DNA of 64,000 nucleotides, taken from NCBI GenBank assembly GCA_964016885.1, contig OZ024742.1, positions 348,998,001 to 349,062,000 of the forward strand, given 5' to 3'. Source of the stretch: Eledone cirrhosa. Lineage: Eukaryota. The notes beneath the pieces are model-generated. The model saw nothing but the letters and a program-made list of their open reading frames with translations. It was not told where the DNA came from and did no database searches. Numbering within the stretch: the stretch's first letter is position 1; each line of letters starts with the position of its first letter. Both the position numbers and the translations under genes were made by a program. Positions 55,316-64,000 of the stretch are shown here, piece after piece.

Positions 55316-56340
55316 TAAAAACATCACTGATAACTTAGTAAAAAGCGTCTCTATTAGAATCTCTGGCATCTCTACCAACGAAGACATTTTTAACGCCTCT
55401 GCCTCCTACTACACTGACGCCCTAGCCCGCAGCGGATTTAAAGAAAAGATAACCTACCTAGAAACCACCGCAAGATTGCAGAGGTGGAATAGGCATAGAC
55501 AGATTAGCTGGTACAACCCTCCCTTCAATAGAGAGGTCTCTACACCGATAGCTAGGATTTTCTTCACTTTGCTGAAAACGCACTTCTCCATACAACATAG
55601 GTACTACACCATCTTTAATAAGAACACAATAAGACTCTCCTACTCCACCACACCTAACCTAGCTAGGAATATAGCCAACCACAATTCTAAAAAATTAAAT
55701 CTCCGGACTGGGACCTTGTGTAATTGCCTAAATAAGGAAGCCTGCCCACTTGAAAACAAATGCCTGACAAATGATATCGTATACAAATGCGATGTCATCT
55801 CAGGCACCGATGATTGCAATAACAAAAAGATCTACACCGGCATGACTTCCAATAATTTTAAGACCCGTTGGTATGCCCATACCCACTCCTTCAGAAGACC
55901 GGACAAATCAAACCAGACAACACTCGCCTCCTATGTTTGGGACCTAAAAAGGAACTCCACCCCCTTCACACTTAAATGGAAAATACTCCAGAAAGAGCGC
56001 TCTTACAACGGAGCACACAAGGGCTGCGACCTTTGTATCTCAGAGAACTATGAAATTTTATTCGCCGAGGGCCCGCTACTGAACAAACTCTCTGAACACT
56101 GCCCGAACTGCATGCACAAGAACTTTGCAACTTTCAAATACCTTAAGCCAATGTTAATGCCCGATGGCTAAAAACGACTTCCCCCTTTTAGCCCCTCTAT
56201 TTCCCGCCCATCCCCACCCCTCCTCAACCTGAAATACGACCACTATGGTTATGTGAGTACCTCTTACCTATCTGCATTCTCTGCCTATAGAGCTGTTTTT
56301 ATGTGCCTGTGTATATGCGTATGTTTATGAGTACTTATTT
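55316..56340 (+). mobile_element. 5'-truncated Naiad-like Penelope element (RT thumb/linker + GIY-YIG, ORF to 56171)
   Basis: WYNPPFN, IFNKNTIRLSYS, CNC-x5-CPLENKC, IVY...YTGMT...FKTRWYAH, KWKIL, CDLC...LLNKLSE...CMH; the frame is also open upstream of 55476. Clade assignment is from motif recall. Confidence 0.85.
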
Positions 56341-56364
56341 GTATATATATATATATATATATAT

Positions 56365-56975
56365 GAATAAATTTAGTCCTTCATCAGTGATCTTCCAACC
56401 GTCATTGGTATTTCATCGCTTTAAAGACCATATACCTCCGGTTGGTGTGAGCAACGGCTAAAGAAAGTCGTTGGGACACGCAAATAAGGGGAACGAGCGA
56501 GACTGTAAACAATCAAAGATGGTAATGCAACGAAAAGTGAGGAAGAAGGAGTCAAGTCCCAGAAATCTATGAATATAAGTTCTGTGAAATCGTGGACGAG
56601 AGAGAATATAGACCATCAAACCTAGACGATATTGTGAGCAAGGAAAGAATTTCGCACAGGTCAAACGGGAAGAAGAAGGAGTCTAGTTCCTGAATTCGGT
56701 GAACATAAGTTCTGTGAAATCGTAGACAAGAGAGAAAAAAGGAACAACCAACCTGGTCAAAGTCTGCGTGAGGAAAGAATTTCGCACAGGTCAAACGGGA
56801 GGAAGTAGCAGACAGTGAGTGAGTGAAGGGTGAGGAAAAGGCTAACAGAGAGAGAGTGACTGTTAGAGGAGGTACAGGGAAGAGAGAGATACAGAGAAAG
56901 AGAAAGCAGTAAGAATGAAAAAGACGGGTCAGAGTGGAGGAAAATATATATGTGTGAATATGAAAACAAGACGTG

Positions 56976-56976
<1 letters not shown>
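56365..56976 (-). mobile_element. Unclassified non-coding insert with ~130-bp internal repeats and a half hammerhead core
   Basis: AGGAAAGAATTTCGCACAGGTCAAACGGGA occurs twice; minus-strand CTGATGAAGGACT at ~56375-56387 is cut off by (TA)n. Confidence 0.4.
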
Positions 56977-57018
<42 letters not shown>

Positions 57019-57070
57019 TGTATATGTATGTATGTGTGTATATATGTGTATATATATGTGTATGTATGTG

Positions 57071-57177
<107 letters not shown>

Positions 57178-57215
57178 ATATATATATATATATATGTGTG
57201 TATATATATGTGTAC

Positions 57216-57268
<53 letters not shown>

Positions 57269-57269
<1 letters not shown>

Positions 57270-58962
57270 TTGGGGAGGGTCATATTTGTGTAATATTGCC
57301 AGAATTAATAACAGAACACACTCACTGTTTGGTTGGTTTTCGCTTTTCGCTTCTGTGTCTTTTATATCGGTTAATTTAATTTATTTGGTCCTCAATGTTG
57401 CCATTGACTGACCAACGGTCAAAAATACAGATACAATATAGACACAAACACATATATATAGTCTATTAACGTTCTTTCGTTGCACATCTGCAACATCGTC
57501 AGTGGTGCTATTGTTTCCTCCCGTTGCATTGTATGTCTACGCCATCTTTATTTAGTCTGTTTATATATTTATTTATTTGTTTATTTTTTTGTCTTCTTTG
57601 CGCATGCGTTTGCGTGTGTATATAGTGTTTTGTTTCATGTGTGTTCGTGTTTGGGTGACTGTGTATTGGTTAATGTATTCTATCTTTACTGGTGTGTGTT
57701 TATATGTGTTTGTTGTTATTGTGCTTGTGTATGTATTTATTTATTTATCTATTTATTTATTTATTTATTTATACTTCTCTTAGGTCAGTGTTGTTTGTTT
57801 GAGTGTTGTTGTTATTCCATTCATTTTTTCTGTTTAGCCTTGGCCTTCTAAGTTCTATTTCACTGGCTTCTCTGATTTGCCTATCTGCTGGGTCATTTCT
57901 ATGTTTAGATATTATTCTAATTTCTATGTTGTCTATGTTACCGTCGTGTTGTTGTCTGGCATGTTCGTATAGTTCTGAACCGTTTTTTCGTCCTTTTACT
58001 TCCCCCCAGTGTTGGTCTATCCTTTCACATATGCTACAAGCTGTTTCGCCTATGTATGTTGTTGTCATTTTTCTGCAAGTACCCTCTGTACATCCTATGC
58101 TATAGACTACGTTTCTAGTTTTACAGTTTATCCGGGGGTTTACTTTACATATGATACATTATCTATTAGTACAGTAGGTTTTCTTAAAAGGGTGGGTTTT
58201 GCTGATCAAGGATTTTATGGTGGGTCCTGGCTTTTCTACCACCTTAATCTTTAAGTGGGTCTTTCTCAGGGCCTTTCTACACTGGTTAGCTAATTTCCCT
58301 CCAGGGGTAGCGTCCACAAACATGACGCCCTGGTATCTCTGGTTGTCGTACCATGAGGTGGCTTTCCCTATCTTATGTCTAGCCCTATCTAAGCTAATCC
58401 ATGATTTGCTTCTGGGCAAATTCCTTTCATGTCCAGTTCTATGAGAGTCTTATACTTCTCCGTGGCTCCCTCGTATACTCTGATTCTGTCTCTTTGGTTG
58501 TAGCCAGAGAACTGCATGCGGTTGATGAAGTGTTGGATGTGTCTTTCCATTTCTGTTGGGTCGCACATGCATGACACGTTCTTCATCACTCGTACCAAGT
58601 TTGCGATCAGAATATTAAACTTAGCACTACTGGACATTGCTGAGTTTTTGAGTATCATGTATTTGGAGGCCATGGGTTTAGCATAGTGTGAGTGGAGAAT
58701 TTGGGCTCTCTCGTCTATAGTGTTAATCCAGAGTTCCGTGTCTAATACATGTAGTCTATTGTTAGGGTGTTTGGAAGGGTAGTCGATAGTTACAGTTATA
58801 CTCTGGTGTATGGAATTAGCTACCTGCTGGATGCTTTCCATTGTGCTACGTTCTAAATCAAACTTGTTAGTGGTCTCTTGTGGGGATGTTCTTATATCTA
58901 TATTGATATCGTCTACGTGACGAGAGTACATGATGAGGTCTATGGAGCTCTCATGAAGGAGA
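57269..58962 (-). mobile_element. Penelope-like copy 2 (truncated near YVDD)
   Basis: Homologous to 5311-7025; ORFs 57769-58068, 58159-58419 and part of 58389-59525. Confidence 0.92.
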
Positions 58963-58980
58963 GATATTTGTCTATATGTG

Positions 58981-59095
<115 letters not shown>

Positions 59096-59226
59096 GTATA
59101 TGTATATATATATATGTATATATATATGCATTTATGTATATATGTATTCGTGTATATATGTATGTATGTACGTCTGTGTTTGTGTATATATGTATATATA
59201 CATATATATATGTATATATATATATG

Positions 59227-59305
<79 letters not shown>

Positions 59306-59420
59306 GTGTGTGTATGTGTATGTATATATATGTATATATATATGTATGTATATGTGCATACGTGTATATATGTATGTGTATATATGTGTGTATATATATG
59401 TATGTATGTGTGCATGTGTG

Positions 59421-59454
<34 letters not shown>

Positions 59455-59502
59455 TATGTGTGTATGTGTGCGTGTGTGTGTATGTATATATATATATATA
59501 TA

Positions 59503-62500
59503 TTGTTATACTTGGGGAGAGTCATATTTGTGTAATATTGCCAGAATTAATAACAGAACACACTCACTGTTTGGTTGGTTTTCGCTTCTCGCTTCTGTGT
59601 CTTTTATATCGGTAATCTAATATACTCGGTCCTCAATGTTGCCATTGACTGACCGGCGGTCAAAAATAATACAGATACAATATAGACACAAACACATATA
59701 TATAGTTTATCATAAATCTTTCGTTGCACATCTGCAACATCGTCAGTGGTGCTATATTTTCCTCCTGTTGTATTGTATGTCTACTCCATTTTTATTCAGT
59801 CTGTCTATATATTTATTTATTTATTTATTTGCTTGTTTGTTTATTTTATTTTGTCTTCTTTGCGCATGCGTTTGCGCGTGTGTATAGTGTTTTGTTTGCT
59901 GTGTGATGAGTGACTAGTGTGTGTTTATGTGCTTGTTGTTATTGTGCTTGTGTATGTATTTATTTATTTATTTATTTATTTTATTTTATTTACTTATTTA
60001 TACTTCTCTTAGGTCAGTGTTGTTTGTTTGGGTATTGTTGTTATTCCATTCATTCTTTCTGTTTAGCCTTGGTCTTCTAATTTCTATTTCACTGGCCTCT
60101 CTGATTTGCCTATCTGCTGGGTCATTTCTATGTTTAGATATTATTCTAATTTCTATGTTATCTATGTTGTTGTCTAGCATGTTCGTATAGTACTGACCCG
60201 TTTTTTCGTCCTTTTAGTTCCCCCCAGTGTTGGTCTATCCTTTCACCTATGCTACGAGCTGTCTCACCTATGTATGTTGTTGTCATGTTTCTGCAAGTAC
60301 TCTCTGTACATCTTATGCTATAGACTACGTTTCTAGTTTTACAGTTTATCTGGGGTTCACCTTACATATGATACATTTCCTATTGGTACAGTGGGTTTTC
60401 TTAAAAGGGTAGGTTTTGCTGATCAGGGATTTTATGGTGGGTCCTGGCTTTTCTACCACCTTTATTTTTAAGTGGGTCTTTCTCAGGACCTTTCTACACT
60501 GGTTAGCTAATTTCCCTCCAGGGGTAGCGTCCACAAACATGACACTCTGGTATCTCTGGTTGTCGTACCATGAGGTGGCTTTCCCTATCTTATGTCTAGC
60601 CCTATCTAAGCTATTCCATGATTTGCTCCTGTATAATGGGCAAATTCCTTTCATGTCCAGTTCTATGAGGGTCTTATACTTCTCCATGGCTCCTTCGTAT
60701 ACTCTGATTCTGTCTCTTTGGTTGTAGCCAGAGAACTGCATGCGGTTGATGAAGTGTTGGATATGTCTTTCCATTTCTGTTGGGTCGCAACATCATTCTT
60801 CATCACTCGTACCAAATCTGCGATCAGAATATTAAACTTAGCACTACTGGATATTGCTGAGTTTTTGAGTATCATGTATTTGGAGGCCATGGGTTTAGCA
60901 TAGTGTGAGTGGAGAATTTGGGCTCTCTCGTCTATAGTGTTAATCCAGAGTTCCGTGTCTAATACAGGTATTCTATTGTTAGGGTGTTTGGAAGGGTAGT
61001 CGATAGTTACAGTTATACTCTGGTGTATGGAATTAGCTATCTACTGGATGCTTTCCATCGTGCTACGTTCTAAATCAAACTTGTTAGTGCTCTCTAGTGG
61101 GGGTGTTCTTATAATTATATTGATATCGTCTACATAACGAGAGTACATGATGAGGTCTATGGAGCTCTCATTAAGGAGATCTTTAAGTCTCCTTTCGCAC
61201 CATACCATGAAAAGGTTGGCAACATCACCAGCTATGCTGACGCCGATGGCTGCTCCCTCATTTTGGGTGTAGATCTTCTCGTTGAACTTAAATATGTGGC
61301 CCTTTAGGGTAGTTTTGATACTTGCCCCTATTGCATGTGCGACCATTTTTCTTACCTGTTCATTATTTTGGGGGGTCCGTATAGCTTTGGTCCACCCAAT
61401 CCACCTTCCCATGGGAGTCTTTTTTGCCATTGAGGTTATGGTGGGGGGTCTACCTCTTATAGGTCTACTAGGGCAGAAACGTCTAAGGTCATGGCTGTCT
61501 AGGTAGTCAGTGTCGTAGGTAAGTCTAAGTAGGAGGCCCAGCTCGTCTGTGTCGACGTCGCAGAACTCCACCTCACTCTCAATGATCATCTCCACAATCT
61601 TTTCACAGCAAAATCAATGTTAATGGATGGGTACAGTGACACCACATCCATGCTGCCTATTATGCAGTTGGATAGGTTCCTGTTTTTGTTGCACTCACTG
61701 ATTCTGCTGAGGAGGTCCTCTGTACTGTCACATACATCTGGGGACATCTTGATTATGGGGCGTATAACCATTGAGAGGAAGTAGGAGATCCTGTAGTTGC
61801 TAGCTATATTAGCTCCGCATACGGGTCTTGTTGGTGGTCCTGTTGTCGGGTCGTCGACTGTCTTGTGGTCTTTGCGGAGCCCATACAAGGGTGGTATGCC
61901 ATTGTTAGACGCCTGGAAGTTGTTGGCAGTGCGTCTGCTTGGCTTTAGGATGTCAGTCCACATCATCATGTGAGCGTTGAGGATTTTCTCTCTCCCATCG
62001 TGTGTTTGTTGTGCAATTTCGCTCGTGTTGGTGATGTGGGGTTGCATATCCTTGATGTAGTTCGGCATGCTATCTATTGACATCCTACCAGACTTATCCG
62101 TGGGTAGACATACTACCTCACCATCCCTTGTGCGCTGCTTGAGGCTAACCAAGCCTTCTACAGGTTTCCTCCCAAGTTGTTGGGCCTCTGGTCTGCTCTG
62201 TCTCTTAGTATACCTGTCTACTATTTGTCTAATCTTATTTCTAGCTATGGTGAACTGTGCCTCTGTCTCGTCATCTATTTGTTGTGGTATGCAAACTCTT
62301 TTATTAAAGGGTAACCTCTTTTTCAACCCAGCTGACAAAACATATATATGGGTAATATCTATCCTACGAGGTTACCCTTTAATAAAGGAGTAGGATAGAT
62401 ATTATCGTAGGATAGATATTACCCATCTTGTATGTTTTGTCAGCTGGGTTGAAAAAGAGGTATACAGTGAGTGTGATCTGTTATTAATTCTGGCAATATT

Positions 62501-62577
62501 ACACAAATATGACCCTCCCCAAGTATAACAATATTTGTTTCGACACACGATTTCACATAAGAAACCTCGCAAAACTA
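59503..62577 (-). mobile_element. Penelope-like copy 3 (longest; inverted pLTR 62464-62577)
   Basis: PTDKSGRMS, PPLYGLRKDHK, PTRPVC, GSMDVVSLYPSI, YVDD, GIY-YIG; several frameshifts and stops. Confidence 0.94.
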
Positions 62578-62579
62578 AT

Positions 62580-62698
62580 ATATATAGATATATATAGATA
62601 TACACTGATATATACACCTCTGTATATATATATATAGCTCTACGCTGATATATACATCTCTCTCTCTATATATATAGCTATACACTGATATATAGACC

Positions 62699-62766
<68 letters not shown>

Positions 62767-62844
62767 TAGATATACACTGATATATACACCTCTGTATATA
62801 TATATATATATATATATAGATAGATATACACTGTAATATACACC

Positions 62845-62885
<41 letters not shown>

Positions 62886-62906
62886 CTATACACTGATATA
62901 TACATC

Positions 62907-62961
<55 letters not shown>

Positions 62962-62974
62962 TGATATATACACC

Positions 62975-63011
<37 letters not shown>

Positions 63012-63152
63012 TGATATATACACCTCTTTATATATATATATATAGCTATACACTGATATATACACCTCTGTATATATATATATATATATATATACACTGA
63101 TATATACACCGCTATATATATATATATATAGCTATACACTGATATATACACC

Positions 63153-63185
<33 letters not shown>

Positions 63186-64000
63186 CCATACACTGATATA
63201 TACACCTCTGTATATATATATAGCTATACACTGATATATACACCGCTATATATATATATATATAGCTATACACTGATATATACACCTCTGTATATATATA
63301 TATAGTTCTACACAGATATATACACTATGTATATATACATAGCCATACACATATATACACCTCTGTATACATACACACACAGCTATACACATATATACAC
63401 CTCTGTATACATACAAATAGCTATACATATATATACATCTCTGTATATATACATAGCGATACACATATATACACATCTGTATACATATATATAGCTATAC
63501 ACATATATACACCTCTGTATATATACATATTCAGCTATACACATATATACACCTCTGTATATATACACATACAGCTATACACATATATACACCTGTGTAT
63601 ATATACACATACAGCTATACACATATATACACCTCTGTATATATACACATACAGCTATACACATATATACACCTCTGCATACCTACATATACAGCTATAC
63701 ACATATATACACCTCTGTATATATACACATACAGCTATACACATATATACACCTCTGTATATATACACATACAGCTATACACATATATACACCTCTGCAT
63801 ACATACATATACAGCTATACACATATATATACCAACTTCTGCACACATACAGTTACACTCATATAGTTATACACATATATAGACCCACCACTGCATACAT
63901 ACACCCACGTTACTATAGTTATACACATATATACACCCACCTCTGTATACATACATCCACGTTACTATAATTATATACTTATATACACTCACCTCTGCAC
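62580..64000. repeat. Continuation of the ~40-bp minisatellite, drifting to AGCTATACACATATATACACCTCTGTATATATACACATAC
   Basis: Direct reading. Confidence 0.95.

Overview
AT-rich eukaryotic (animal) DNA, most likely a cephalopod/octopus intronic or intergenic region. That is inferred from the tRNA-derived SINE, the RTE LINE and the extreme (TA)n density; it is not proven. No host gene can be called with confidence, and nearly all ORFs in the track are translated microsatellites. The window is a nest of mobile DNA: three truncated copies of one Penelope-like (RT + GIY-YIG) family, a Naiad-like Penelope fragment, a near-intact RTE LINE with one nonsense codon, 3' fragments of Vingi-, R4/Dong-, CR1- and CRE-like LINEs, a young non-coding LTR element with a tRNA-Trp PBS, tRNA-SINEs, non-autonomous Helitrons and several minisatellites. 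The main hidden layer is RNA-structural. (i) A ~430-bp non-coding repeat occurs as tandem and circularly permuted copies and carries a minimal type-I hammerhead ribozyme plus an octamer motif; it is a candidate cephalopod retrozyme/circRNA family. (ii) About a dozen fold-back 'palindrome + one-sided tail' inserts sit in (TA)n tracts, many with canonical or variant hammerhead cores, including a U3:A8 covariant. (iii) The LTR primer-binding site runs past tRNA position 58 with a mismatch exactly at the m1A58 position. All structures were folded and aligned by eye, so coordinates may be off by a few nt.
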